Below the pieces are notes generated by a model. The model searched no databases, had not been told where the DNA came from, and saw nothing but the letters and a program-made list of their open reading frames with translations. A stretch of 64,000 nucleotides of DNA from assembly GCA_002269645.1 (NCBI GenBank), contig NIVC01000366.1, forward strand, positions 186,001 through 250,000. Reading direction: 5' to 3'. Of the stretch, positions 1 through 13,228 are shown one piece after another (positions within the stretch are counted from its first letter, which is position 1; every line of letters begins with the position of its first letter). The stretch is from Macrostomum lignano. Lineage: Eukaryota. Position numbers and translations under genes: made by a program.

Positions 1-85
1 TTGTCATATAGGGGGCCTACCTTATTATTTGGTTTTAGTTGTAATTTTATATGAACTAGTTTTAGCTTACAACTTTCCTTTGCAG

Positions 86-2914
86 CAATATTCAAATATG
101 ACCAATTGCAAAGAGAACCAAAATACTCTTCAAGCAGTAGATAATTCTATGTCAGCAACAATGGAATCTGAGCATGATCTCTGGCTTGATACATTAGCCA
201 ATGTTGGTCTATTATGTGATCAGCCTCAACTAGCTAATCCTATTAGCTGTCCAAGGCCAAAAGTTATTGATGGTCATCTCTGTCTAACTGTAGATGAATC
301 AGTACAATTAAGGTTGGCTGTTAATGCTCTGGCTGAACAGGTAAATCAGCCAATAGTGCTTTGTTATTGTGTGCAGCAATCAATTTATTCCATTCGCTAA
401 TCATTCGGCCTAAGTCCTATTCAAGATTCTGATTAAGTCAAGTATTAATAATTCAAATATATTCAAAACACTTAAAAGGCCAATCTGATTTAAAAGCTAA
501 TAAAGCCAATAAGTTTTTGGTCATTCCATCACAATGTCATTCCTTTTTAAGTTCATACCCTCTCAAGGTCATTCCCTTCCGAGGTAATTCCTTCTCAAGG
601 TCGTGTCATTTAAGATCGTTTCCTTTCAATGTCATTCCCTCTTAAGGTCATCATTCCCTCTCATGATCATTCCCATTCAAGATTGTTTACTTTCAAGGTC
701 ATTCCCTCAGGGTCGCGCCATTTAGGATCGTTTCCTTTCAAGGTCATTCCCTCAGGGTCGCGCCATTTAGGATCGTTTCCTTTCAAGGTCATTCCCTCAG
801 GGTCGCGCCATTTAGGATCGTTTCCTTTCAAGGTCATTCCCTCAAGGTAATTCCCTCTCAATATAATTGCCATTCAAGATCGTTTCTTTTCAAAGTCATT
901 CTCAAGTCAAGGCCATTCCTTTTCAAGGTCGCAACATAACCGCTGTCAAACCCACCCAACCCAACCCAGGCGGCCGAGCGCTGTCGCCAATTGACTCGCC
1001 TCCTAGCCGATCTCGAACTGCATCGCGATCGTTCTGCCGCTCTCGATCGGGCTTTAAAAATTCTTGGACTTCGTCGGCCAGTGGAACTGGACGGCGCCCT
1101 GTCCGATCTCCTGTCCATCTCGGACGCGTACGCAGCCGCGTTGCCAGTGTTGGACGCCGCTAAGGCTGTCGTGTTTGACGACTATGCAGATAATTTAATC
1201 GCTGACAATCTTGGGCAAGCCGGACAGGTCGGCAGCGGCGATGTCCAGTCGCCTCGGCATAGCAACGCGGAGCTGCTGGCCGAGCTAGAGCAACGACGAC
1301 GACAACATCGGCGACACCAGCATCATCGTCGGGATCAACACCGATCGCGGCGACGATGCAACAGCGAAGGCGGCCGAGGAAAACAGCGTGCCAGTGTTGG
1401 CTCAGAATTTGGTAGTTGATTGTATTTGTTGGTTTATTGTGTATAAAGTTGGTGAAAATTTTAAGCACCTGTAGTTAATAATATTTGTCTCTCCTTTTTG
1501 AGGTCAATCTTTTAAGGTAGGTCAATTTTTTTCATGTTATTTCCTTTTAAAGTGAACCTTATTCAAGGTCATTCCATTTCAAGGTCATTTCCATTCAATG
1601 TCATATTCCATTTCAAGGTTAACCGTATTCAAGGTCAATCTTATTCAAGGTCATTTCATTCAAGGTCAACCTTATTCAAAGTAATTCCATTTCAAGGTCA
1701 TTTCCATGCAAGCTCATTCCATTTCAAGGTCATTTCTATTCAAGGTCCTTTCGATTCAAGTTCAAGGTCAACCTTATTTAAGATCATTCCATTTCATGGC
1801 CATTTCCATTCAAGGCCAACCTTTTTCAAGGTCATTTTAGTTTAATTTTGTTCTTAAATAAGGCTTTGAGAGTTTTTAAGGTTCAATCCTAGCGTAGTTG
1901 AATTCTCGCTGGCTGTTATTGTACTGATATAATGAATGCTTATTAATTATTAACTTCATTATTACTCCATAACCAACAGAAGAAAGTCAACTAAGAGACA
2001 AGAATATTGGGTCAAGTTTGGTTATGACCCCAACAGAGGCTGATCAGTTTGTTCAACATTTTGCTCGTCTATTCGACACGCCAACGGCACTGCCAGCCTG
2101 CGAGGCGAGGCTCAGCCTGCTGCACAGGCGGGTGAACGAGTGCGACTCATTGATGAGTGAGTGCCGTAATAGTAAATGTAGTCTTTTCCTTTTTCAATGT
2201 ACATCTTTTTCAAGGCCATGTCTTATTCAAGGTCATGTCTTATTCAAGGTCGTCTTATTCAAGGTCATGTCTTATTCAAGGTCTTCTTATTCAAGGTCAT
2301 GTCTTTTCGGGGTCAAATCTTATTCAAGGTCAAGTCTTATTCAAGAGCATGTCTTATTCAAGGTCAATCTTATTTAATTAAGGTCATGTTTTATTCAAGG
2401 TCATGCCTTATTCAAGGTCAAGTCTTATTCAAGGTGAATCTTATCCAAGGTCGTGTCTTTTTCAATTTCAAGTCCTTTTCAAGGTCATGTCTCATTCAAT
2501 GTCATCTGTTTCTGTTGGCAATCTTAATTTTTCGTTTTCCCTTACCCCCTGTGCCTAGACAACCTGCGCGATACTCTTCGCCTTCCTAGCAACACTTCGT
2601 CCCGAGCCGTGGCCGCCGCTGTAGAGCGCCTGGCAACGACGCGCGAATCCGAAGCGCGCGACTGTCTGGCGCGTCTGCTCGGCCCGGACGAAATTTCTGG
2701 TTTAGCCAGCCGGCTGGCCGAGTACGACCGGTTTTTCGGTCAGTTTACCGGTCTGGTTAGCGAGTTGCGCGAGGAACTGGGCGTCAGTCGGATGTCGCAT
2801 ATTCTGCCAGCTGTGCGCGCCTGCGCCAGGGTGGCCCGCGCGGCCGGCTGGGACGGCGGCGGCACTGGGGGCAGTCGTCGAGGCAGCAGACAGCAGATTA
2901 CCGGAATCGACTAA
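86..2914 (+). CDS. CEP70: Centrosomal protein of 70 kDa, 3' part (exons 86-340, 970-1411, 1980-2156, 2559-2914; 5' exons outside window)
   Basis: GT-AG introns with consistent phases (0,1,1). The spliced C-terminus FVQHFARLFDTPTAL..RVNECDSLMNNLRDTLRL..LGPDEISGLASRLAEYDRFFGQFTGLVSELREELGVSRMSHILPAVR aligns with the CEP70 C-terminus as I recall it ([38 protein letters not shown]). Confidence 0.8.
530..930 (+). repeat. Intronic degenerate minisatellite with TTCAAGGTCA core (intron 341-969)
   Basis: Repeated TCAAGGTCATTCCCTC units, including a 42-bp unit repeated about 3 times. Confidence 0.9.
1500..1840 (+). repeat. Intronic degenerate minisatellite with TTCAAGGTCA core (intron 1412-1979)
   Basis: Repeated TTCAAGGTCA followed by TTTCCAT or ACCTTAT. 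Confidence 0.9.
2200..2500 (+). repeat. Intronic ~17-bp minisatellite TCTTATTCAAGGTCATG (intron 2157-2558)
   Basis: Direct tandem units visible. Confidence 0.9.
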
Positions 2915-3059
2915 TTGTGTGCATTGAAATTTGTATGTGCATATTATTTAACTGAGGATTATGGTTATTCTTTGTTTTTGTTAGAGTTGTTATTCAAGGA
3001 AAATTTTTGTTAGTTAATTCAAATCATGCTATGATAGCAATTTTTAGGAAAGTATTGAT

Positions 3060-3415
3060 CACTGATCGACTTCTAATAAAGTGTTGAGGAGCGATCGATT
3101 CCTAGGAAAATATTGGAGTGATCGATTTTTTTTAAAAAGTATTAATTGGCGATCGATTTTTTTGAAAAAGTATTGATGGGCGATCGATTTCTAGGAAAGT
3201 ATTGATGAGCAATCGATTTCTAGGAAAGTATTGATGAGCAATCCATTTCTAGGACAATATTGAGGAGTGATCCATTTCTAGGACAATATTGAGGAGTGAT
3301 CCATTTCTAATAGGACAATATTGAGGAGTGATCCATTTCTAAGAAAGTATTGACAAATAATCTATTTCTACTTCTAGGAAAGTATTGCTGAGCGATCGAT
3401 TTCTAGGAAAGTTTT
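3060..3415. repeat. Degenerate ~29-31-bp tandem repeat (GATCGATTTCTAGGAAAGTATTGA...)
   Basis: About 11 imperfect tandem units. Confidence 0.85.
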
Positions 3416-4211
3416 TGCTTTAGACTCAAATTCTAAGCATTTGAGTGATTTGTCCACAGTGCAGATGATTCTAGTTTTTTAGCAAAGATATTTGTAGTTA
3501 GGTCTCGCACCTAGACAAGTTGAATAGTTTTCGGTACTTTGTTGAGGCTGGTTCCAGAACACGAATTTTATTATGTTGTAATTAATATGTATCGCATTTA
3601 CCTTAATGTGCTGTAAAATATAACACTATAAAAAGTTAATAATAACAATACACATGCGTAATATACAAGTTTTATTATTACAGTTGGTTTTATTTATTTC
3701 AACTAATAGCTTTATATTTAAAAAGTTAAATCAAGTCCCGGTACATGGATTTGAGTTCACGAGATCAAGCCCACAACAGTATGTTATTGCACTTATAAAT
3801 TGTAGTAGCTGAAACTACATGTAACAGCGAACGTGCCATATTGAACGGGAGTTTAAATGATTGAAAGAAATATCTTTACAAAACATGAAAATATGTTTAA
3901 TACATCTAGTACTGTACTGTAATGACAGTATTGTCAAGCTGGTTGAGATAAAAAACAGCGATATGCTCCTTGTGTGACTTGGTCATTCCCGACTGCACTG
4001 GCTGCCGCACCGAGTTGACAAAGTAGTATGTGTCGAGTGTAATCGTGTGAATAATTATGATATATCGAACAGGCACATTTTATAATTCATGACGGGCGAT
4101 AGCATAACACAAAGGTGGCGAGTAATTAGTTTTATGCATAATAATAATAGTTTCTAAATTCAAGCTTTCATATTTTGCGTTATTACGCTGCACAATTCAT
4201 CATCGATCTTA

Positions 4212-5170
4212 CAGATCTAGAGCTATAGGACGATTCTCATCATGGGATCTAGAGCTATAGGACGAATCTCATCATGAGATCTAGAGCTATAGGACGATTC
4301 TCATCATGAGATCTAGAGCTATATGACGATTCTCATCATGAGATCTAGAGCTATAGGACGATTCTCATCATGGGATCTAGAGCTATAGGACGATTCTCAT
4401 CATGGGATCTAGAGCTATGGGACGATTCTCATCATGAGATCTAGAGCTATATGACGATTCTCATCATGAGATCTAGAGCTATATGACGATTCTCATCATG
4501 AGATCTAGAGCTATATGACGATTCTCATCATGAGATCTAGAGCTATAGGACGATTCTCATCATGGGATCTAGAGCTATAGGACGATTCTCATCATGAGAT
4601 CTAGAGCTATATGACGATTCTCATCATGAGATCTAGAGCTATATGACGATTCTCATCATGAGATCTAGAGCTATAGGACGATTCTCATCATGGGATCTAG
4701 AGCTATAGGACGATTCTCATCATGAGATCTAGAGCTATAGGACGATTCTCATCATGAGATCTAGAGCTATAGGACGATTCTCATCATGAGATCTAGAGCC
4801 ATAGGACGATTCTCATCATGAGATCTAGAGCTATATGACGATTCTCATCATGAGATCTAGAGCTATAGGACGATTCTCATCATGAGATCTAGAGCTATAG
4901 GACTATTCTCATCATGAGATCTAGAGCTATAGGACGATTCTCATCATGAGATCTAGACCCATAGGACGATTCTCATCATGAGATCTAGAGCTATATGACG
5001 ATTCTCATCATGAGATCTAGAGCTATAGGACGATTCTCATCATGAGATCTAGAGCCATAGGACTATTCTCATCATGAGATCTAGAGCTATATGACGATTC
5101 TCATCATGAGATCTAGAGCTATAGGACGATTCTCATCATGAGATCTAGAGCTATAGGACTATTCTCATTA
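4212..5170. repeat. 32-bp minisatellite, about 30 copies (GAGATCTAGAGCTATAGGACGATTCTCATCAT)
   Basis: Period 32 (GATCTAG at 4214, 4246, ...); highly homogeneous; no spacers. Confidence 0.95.
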
Positions 5171-5317
5171 TAGACATAGATCAGTTCTCATAAAAGCTAG
5201 ATTTAAATTTGACAAACAGTATTACGAGACATAATATGACATCAAAGACACAGACTTCCAATAAAGCTTGCACAAAATACAAGGAACGCATCTGCTGAAT
5301 CAAATACAGTCTGTTGG

Positions 5318-5490
5318 AGGGCGAATCTCACTAGATTAACGGACGGCGAATCTCATTGGATTAACTGAGGGCGAATCTCAGTGGATTAAGAGAGGCCAAT
5401 TCTCATTGGATTAACTGAGGGCGAATCTCTTTGGATTAACTGAGGGCGAATCTCAGTGGATTAAGACAGGCCAATTCTCATTGGATTACT
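5318..5490. repeat. ~25-bp tandem repeat (GGCGAATCTCATTGGATTAACTGAG)
   Basis: About 6 imperfect units. Confidence 0.85.
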
Positions 5491-6008
5491 TACTGATTCC
5501 CACCTACGGTTGAATGACAAAGAAATGAGATGCAATTACTGAATAAATATGATTATGAATTATGAATAAATACGAGTAATGAACACCGAGCAAAATAAAA
5601 AACACCACATGGTAACAGCCATCGGCAAACTTTTACAATATTATAAACTTTCAGACCGGACGAGCGCTGAAGTAGAATAAGTCAAGTCTTATTACAAAAA
5701 CACGAGAACAATTTTCAGGTTTGAACAAATTTTTTCAACTGCAAGTCGGATTTCTTCCCAGCTATATTTCTAATAAACACCAGCTTTAAAATTCGAATTC
5801 GAACACAACAAAACGTTTAGCAAATCTGGGCACAGGGACAGGAACAAGTGAGAAAAAGCAGAGACAAATGCGCAGCCTATCCTACTCACTCTAATTAGTA
5901 CTAAGTAGGCTGATTAGCAAATTAAGTCGAAAACTAGGTTTTTGAAATAAAAATAATTAAAATCAGCTATGCATTTTCTTGAATTTTTAGCTAGCAAATA
6001 ACAGCATC

Positions 6009-6762
6009 TCAGCCCAGAGCGTCGTCGAACATCGCGAACGGATCCAGCAGGCGGTCGCAGTCGGCGAAATTCAACGACGCCAGCACCGTTGTGGCTGACG
6101 ACGGCGAAGTAGACGACGTTTCGGTGGTGCCCGGTGGCGAAGTTGATAACATAGCGCCGCCAATGTCGACGTGATTGGCCATGGGCGGGGCCGCTACCGA
6201 CGATGTCTGTGCGGCGGCGAATGTCGTTGGGCCGCCGACGCCGCCAGGAAAAGTTGCCGCAGCCGCCGCGGCCGCCGCAGCAGCCGCCGAGCCGCCGTTG
6301 ATGCCCATACGGACAAAGTTAACGTGCCTAATCCGGCGCATGTGATCGGACACCTGCGTTGGTGTGGAAAGGGTTGAGATGGTGGTTGCTAGGGGGCTTT
6401 AAATTTAATTTTTCAGTGCAGAGAATACCGCGAATCTTGGAGGTAGATAAAGTGAAATTTTCAGATAAAAAATGAGATTATCAGGTAAGACAAGTGAGAT
6501 TATCGGGTTAGACAAGTGAGATTATCAGGTAAGACAAGTGAGAGTATCGGGTAAGACAAGTGAGATATGCCTACCTGTCGCTGATTAACCATTCTCATGT
6601 GACACTCCAGGCATTTATAATAAGCCGCGGCGGCGGCAGACACGGGCTGATAGGTCACGTGACCAGTGGCCTGCTTATGCGCCGACTGGCATTCAACCCA
6701 ATCAGCGCACTGGAGACAGACTGAGAGCGGCTGCTGAAGCTGCTGCTGCTCCTGGTAATCCA

Positions 6763-6794
<32 letters not shown>

Positions 6795-7138
6795 AGGAAC
6801 TGCTGCCGTCTGCCTAACACTGACGAAGCTTGCAGAGGAGACGCCGCTCGCTGGCGTTGCTGAAACCGTTCGCCTGACGTTTTGCCGTAAACATTGCCAG
6901 CTTTGATAGTCAGGGTCAGGACTTGATGGCTCTTCTGCTGCTGCTGCAGACGCTTCTTAACAACTCCACTACTGATGGTTCGTTTAACAGGCTTGGATCC
7001 CAGAGCCACCAGAGCTTGAGGCTTGGCCGCTGATTTCGGTTGAGGACTGCGACTGTGAGGCCAGGTGTAGGACCACCAGCAGGTTTGCTGCAGCTGCTGT
7101 TGCTGTTGCATCTCTTGCTGCTGCTGCGCTGTTGCCAT
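6009..7138 (-). CDS. PolyQ/polyA low-complexity protein with two C2H2-like zinc fingers (exons 7138-6575, 6353-6009; about 302 aa)
   Basis: The phase-0 GT-AG intron 6574-6354 joins YKCLECHMRMVNQRQ to VSDHMRRIRH, completing C-x2-C-x12-H-x5-H. An upstream CLQC-x9-H-KQATG-H finger is also present. Confidence 0.7.
6470..6570. repeat. 22-bp intronic tandem repeat x4 (GTAAGACAAGTGAGATTATCAG)
   Basis: Direct inspection. Confidence 0.85.
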
Positions 7139-7222
7139 TATAAAGACGCTTGAGAAGCTGACTGCAAAAATTTATGGCATGGATTTAACTCTTAATTATA
7201 TGTTTGCGAATGAATACCGCTG

Positions 7223-7553
<331 letters not shown>

Positions 7554-8374
7554 ACGTATCTCTCAGTGAAAGAAAAGTTTGCTGCTACTAGAAAAAAACA
7601 ATTAATCAAGTTCAAAACAAAGGAACAAAAGCCTAGAGTCACAGCAGGATTCAAGCAGTGTACGTATTTAACAACAAATAAAAACAAACAGTTTAACAAA
7701 GTCCATATGAGATCAGTGAAACTGTACACAGTGGCATAATAGTATTGCAGATTTATCTATTTTCTGAACAGTTAAGAAAACCGTACTGTTTACAGGATTA
7801 ATTAACCTGTCTTTAACTAACGATATTACACAGGGTGCGCAGTCAACAATAGTTATAGTAACCATATATTTATTAATAAAATAATACTAACGCATTGACT
7901 AAAAGTATACATCCTACCCTCGTACATAGGTCTGCAAGGAAATAAGCAGAAAAGGCTTGACTTTATTATGGTATTAAATTCTGGTAATCCCACAAGCGAT
8001 ATGCAGCGTAAATCGCTCTTATTAATCATTAATTATCCCCATACAATCAATAAATTTAGTAGTAGAATATAATCAACCATTTGGTATACTGACCGATATG
8101 TAGCATAAAACGTTTCATACACTGCTTTTTTAATGGATTAATATGACATTTTATCTACCGATATGTTGCGTATAACGTTTCATACAGTGCCATTTTTCTC
8201 AAAGGCTTAATGTGAAAGTCTATCGACCGATATATAGCGTATTTAGTTCTTTGAGTCGAGAATTTTTCTTATAGAAAACTTTTATAGAAATAATCAAATT
8301 TTAATGATCAGCCAATCTTCCGATATGTAGTGAATAATGCTTTACAAGGCGAAAATGTGACAATCTTGAACTAA

Positions 8375-10401
8375 TCAATCTGCGTGCTCATGCGCCGCGC
8401 CAGCCAATCGCGTCAATTTTACTAACAATCGCGCCAGACACAATCGAACGCGTGGAAATTTCGAAGCCAACCAAGGCAAAAGAAAGACAATAAAATATAA
8501 GCTGGACAATAGTAGCCAATAGTCGAATTGTTGAGTCAAAACTGTTGGCACGGGACCGGCGAAGTCTGATTCAGTCAGGCTGACATTTGGCAGCGGTTTG
8601 TGGCCAGTGAGATTGGCTAGCTCCGGTATCAGAGAGTCCAGCTTGCGCAAGCTGATATTCACGCAAGCGTATTCTCGATCCCCGTAAATTCGAATATGTG
8701 GCGCCATGCTGGTGGTGTAGTTGGCATAGAACGGGCTCACCTTGTCCGCCTCGGCCGCGAAAAAGTGCAGACCGGGGAACACTCTGTACAGATTGTATGC
8801 GGTATAAGGCAATGCGTCAGTTCTGGTGCTCTCTTTTAATGAGAGTGCCCTTTCCCTTCATTCTCCCCTCTCCCTTCATTCTCCCCTCTCCCTTCATTCT
8901 CCCCTCTCCCTTCATTCTCCCCTCTCCCTTCATTCTCCCCTCTCCCTTCATTCTCCCCTCTCCCTTCATTTCTCCCCTCTTCCTTCACTTCTCCCTTCTT
9001 CCTTCATTTCTCCCCTCTCCCTTCATTTCTCCCCTCTCCCTTCATTTCTCCCCTCTCCCTTCATTTCTCCCCTCTCCCTTCATTTCTCCCCTCTCCCTTC
9101 ATTTCTCCCCTCTCCCTTCATTTCTCCCCTCTTCCTTCATTTCTCCCCTCTCCCTTCATTTCTCCCCTCTCCCTTCATTTCTCCCCTCTCCCTTCATTTC
9201 TCCCCTCTCCCTTCATTTCTTCCCTCTCCCTTCATTTCTCCCCTCTCCCTTCATTTCTCCCCTCTTCCTTCACTTCTCCCCTCTTCCTTCACTTCTCCCC
9301 TCTTCCTTCACTTCTCCCCTCTTCCTTCATTTCTCCCCTCTTCCTTCATTTCTCTCCTCTCCCTTCACTTCTCCCCTCTCCCTTCATTTCTCCCCTCTCC
9401 CTTCATTTCTCCCTTCTTCTTTCCTTTCTCCCCTCTCCTTTCATTTTTCCCCTCTCCTTTCATTTTTTCCTCTTCCTTAATCTCCTTTCACTTTTCCTCT
9501 CTCCATTCATTCCTACCTGTCCCCTCTGCCTTTATTTCTCCCGGCTCTCTTCACTTCTCCCCTTCTCATCACATTTTTTCGCTGTCATTCTTTTATAACT
9601 CTACGTAGTTTCACTATGAGAGCCTTTTTCCATAGAATATTAATCAATCTAGATACTTATCATATCGCATCCTCACCTAGTCAGCGCATTGAAGTGTGGC
9701 GCCAGAGCGACAGAATATGGACAATAAGGCAGATAGTACAACAGCACGGCGCACTGTGTTGACTGATTGGTACTAATCTGTCCGCTGCCGTTGTCGCATT
9801 CGCTTCCGAGGCCGTCAACTGGCGCCGGCGCTGGTTTTGCAGTTAGCGCGGCGCGCAATTCAGCAAAATCTGATGAACTAATCAACGTAACAGAATTCTG
9901 CACAGTCGATTCGTTTGCTAATCGGGCTCGATTAGAACAATTAAAACGGCGCTTTGATCTGGCCGACAAATTTGGCGGCGGTTGAAACTGGCTAGCATTT
10001 GATGCTGATTGGATGCCGTTTGATAGCTGTCTAGAATTGCTTATATTTGATTGGTTGACTTCTGAGGACGATTCTGATTTACTCAATTCTGATTGGCTGG
10101 CATCTAATGGTGATTCTGAATCACTCGATTCTGATTGGCTGGCATCAGATGACGATTCTGACTTACTTGATTCTGATTGGCTAGCATCTAATGGCGATTC
10201 TGAAACACTCGACTCTGATTGGCTGACTACATCTGGGTACAGAGAAGCCTTATCATGTTCTTCTGATTCATATTTAGACTGTTCAACCGTGCTTGACAAT
10301 TTGCTGATTGCTTCTGCTTCTGCTTGACTTGAATGCAAAATTGAACCAAATTGGCATATTGCCAACAGCAATATAACACATACTGCTGTGTGGTCAAACA
10401 T
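8375..10401 (-). CDS. TXNDC15: Thioredoxin domain-containing protein 15 (exons 10401-9677, 8783-8375)
   Basis: Signal-peptide-like start MFDHTAVCVILLLAIC. The phase-2 splice gives LYYLPYCPYSVALAPHFNALTR/VFPGLHFFA..GPVPTVL..DYWLLLSSLYFIVF, matching TXNDC15 as I recall it ([48 protein letters not shown]). C-terminal TM helix. Confidence 0.88.
8850..9480. repeat. Polypyrimidine ~18-bp minisatellite (TTCTCCCCTCTCCCTTCA) in the TXNDC15 intron
   Basis: Direct inspection. Confidence 0.95.
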
Positions 10402-11521
10402 CAGAAAGCTCACTATGGTATGTCAGAAAAGCATTAAGGTTTATTTTGATATTTTTAAACTAAAACTATTTTGTGAATAGGCAAGGACTATCCTAGTATA
10501 TAGGTTCAAATGCATAATTTTGTATAGTAGATTCTAACATATTTATTGCTTAAAGCAAGCAAATTATAGCAAACTAATAAAACCAAAACAAACAATGTCT
10601 ATAATTTTTTTCTATCCTTTGATTGATTTTTTACATCTGTAGAAAAAAACAAAAAATCATTAGCTACTAAATCAGTCTTAAAACTAAAAGACTTGTTAGT
10701 CTATGCAATACTATGCCAATTTACAAAATATATTCTAAATGATTAAAGTTCTAACAAAAATAATAAATAACCAATAGCATAAACATTTCAATTTGAACAT
10801 GCACTTTTGTACATTACTTATGTAAAATATAAACTGACAAAGTTCTGACAAACTAGCATATATAATTATGTTACTATTAAATTAGTTTCCATAATATCAA
10901 ATATTTGTCTATTAAGTATTATTATTGATTTATTGATTTCACTATACATTACATTACACATGTTTATACATGCAAAATATAGATAATTAAAACTTATCTA
11001 CATATAACTAGCTAGTAAATCCACTAACTTTTTTGTACTAGGCCAATTGAACTTGTTTTTATCATGCATTAAATAATTGAATGTTTTAGATAAAATATTG
11101 AAAAGCATGTTTAAAATAGATGACTTTTTAGACCAAACTGGAAATCATACCATATACTATTGATAAATAGAATACTAAAGGAGATTGAAGTGAAACCAAT
11201 AAGTCTCAGATTAATAAACAGTATTGAGAAAGTCATGACCATTTAATCTCAATGATATCTCAGTCATAAAGACTAGATAGTTGGATAATTAGATAATTAC
11301 TGAGATACTAAAAATATATATTTTTTAAGAAACATAAATCCTATTTACAAAAAAATAAGCTATTCTAAGGCCATTAACAGACCACTTAGTATATATTATT
11401 TATTTTGTTGTCTACATATAGTCATTATTATTGGGCCTAAGGCTAGACCTATGTATTATAATATTATAACTATAAGGATAATATTGTTATAAGGAATTTT
11501 CTTATACAAATATATTTTTTA

Positions 11522-12829
11522 TGAGGGGCGTTCAATAAGTTTCTGGACCATAAGAGCCAGTGCACTCTAGGCTGCTCAAAATGTACTCACATGAAAAATG
11601 TACATCTCCTGAGATTTGACATAAAATATAAAGGTTATACAATAAACCTGAATCTCACAACTTCACTTCAAAGTCACCTATCACCTCCAACTTCAAGTAT
11701 CTATTATGGAACTGTCACACATCCACTGGAGAGCAATGATTTTTTACGACTACAAATGTGGTCTGAACCAGTTGCAAAGCTTAGAATGGCTTCGCCTAGC
11801 CTTCGGGGATACTGCACCCTTGAGAACAACCGTCTTTGACTAGTTCGCGGAATTTTGTCAGGGCCGAGTGTCGCTCAAAGATGAGGCTTGCAAAGGACGA
11901 CCCCCAAGTTTGACCACTCAGGAAACAGTGGCTGCAGTGCAGGCCCTGGTTGAGGAAGACCTGCGGTTGACAGTGCAACAGCTAGCCACTGCTGTGGGAA
12001 TATCATCGGGAAGCACCTCAACCATCCTACATGAAAGGCTTGGCCTCAGCAAGGTGTCCGCACGCTGGATGCCTCATCACCTGACCCAGGAGCAGAAACA
12101 GGCCTGGATCGATTGGTGCCATTCAATGCTTGAAAGATTCAACGGTGGAAGATCAACTAGCTCCTGGGACATTGTCAGTGGTGATGAGACCTGGGTATAC
12201 TGTTTTGACCCAGAGAGCAAGCAGCAGTCGCCCAGTGGACCCCCATTGGCAGCCCGCCACCTTCAAAGCTGGTGCAGTCACGAAGCGTCGCCAAGCAGAT
12301 GGTGGCTGTTTTTGTGGCTCGCAGCAGTCCCGTAGCCATGATTCTGCTAGTAACACAGCGGACAGTGACTGCGGGCTGGTATGTAACCGACTGTATGCCC
12401 CAGGTGCTGCAATCCATTTGCTAAGAAGCGCCCAAGGACTCGCCATCGCGGGTTGCTGCTCCACCAGGACAACACCCCGGCCCACATTGCGCGACTAACT
12501 GTGGAGTTCATAGAGCAGAATCACGTCCAACTGCTTCAGCACCCACCCTACAGCCCCAACTTGGCACCATGTGACTTCTTTGTGTTCCCACAAGTCAAGC
12601 GCCTGCTCAAGGGAGTCCGATTTACATCGCCGGAACAGGTCATTGAGGCCTTCCAAAGTCACCTGTTGACATCCTTCAGTCGGAGTGGGCTGGCTGCTTT
12701 GCTACTTGGTTTGAAAGGATGAGAAAGTGCATCGAAGCTGCTGGAGAGTACTTCAAAAAGGCCTGACATTTATCTACCCTCTGACACTTTTCATTTCTAT
12801 GCATCCGGAAACTTATTGAATGCCCCTTG
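11522..12829 (+). mobile_element. Decayed mariner transposon (irritans/Hsmar2-like TIRs), 1308 bp
   Basis: 26-bp imperfect TIRs TGAGGGGCGTTCAATAAGTTTCTGGA / TCCGGAAACTTATTGAATGCCCCTTG. TA duplications at 11520-11521 and 12830-12831. Transposase motifs SARWMPH, SGDETW and QDNTPAH..PYSPNLAPCD (D34D) are split by stops and frameshifts. Confidence 0.93.
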
Positions 12830-12851
12830 TACTTACTCTAGCACATACATG

Positions 12852-13003
12852 CACAACCTTAAGAATCACTTAGCCATTTCTATTGGCAACACACATGTAA
12901 GTTGCTATTGGCTGAGAATAGTCATGTGACTACTATTCCCTCCAATAGCAACTTACATGTGTGTGTTGCCAATAGAAATGGCTAGGTGAATCCCTAGGTT
13001 GTG
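12852..13003. repeat. ~150-bp near-perfect inverted repeat (foldback/MITE-like)
   Basis: Arm TAGCCATTTCTATTGGCAACACACATGTAAGTTGCTATTGG pairs with CCAATAGCAACTTACATGTGTGTGTTGCCAATAGAAATGGCTA with a 2-nt bulge. Confidence 0.85.
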
Positions 13004-13228
13004 ACCAAGCATGTTCTAACATAAATGATATAAAGTACAGGATATAAGGTTTGTGAAAACTAGAGATATCTAAATGACTGATATCTGCAGACAATATAGA
13101 TAGCAAGTTTTATCTAAATAAATAACAATATTATGCTAGTTACATAAGTTTACATAATTTTACATAAGTAAAATGAGCAAGCATAAAAAACAGCATTTCT
13201 ATATTGGTTGCCACTGGAACCCCTGACC

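Noticed and set aside
4212-5170. CRISPR-like array of 32-bp partly palindromic repeats
   Set aside because: Units are head-to-tail with no unique spacers, there are no cas genes, and the context is eukaryotic.
8698-9608. 260-aa hydrophobic ORFs
   Set aside because: Intronic pyrimidine minisatellite of TXNDC15.
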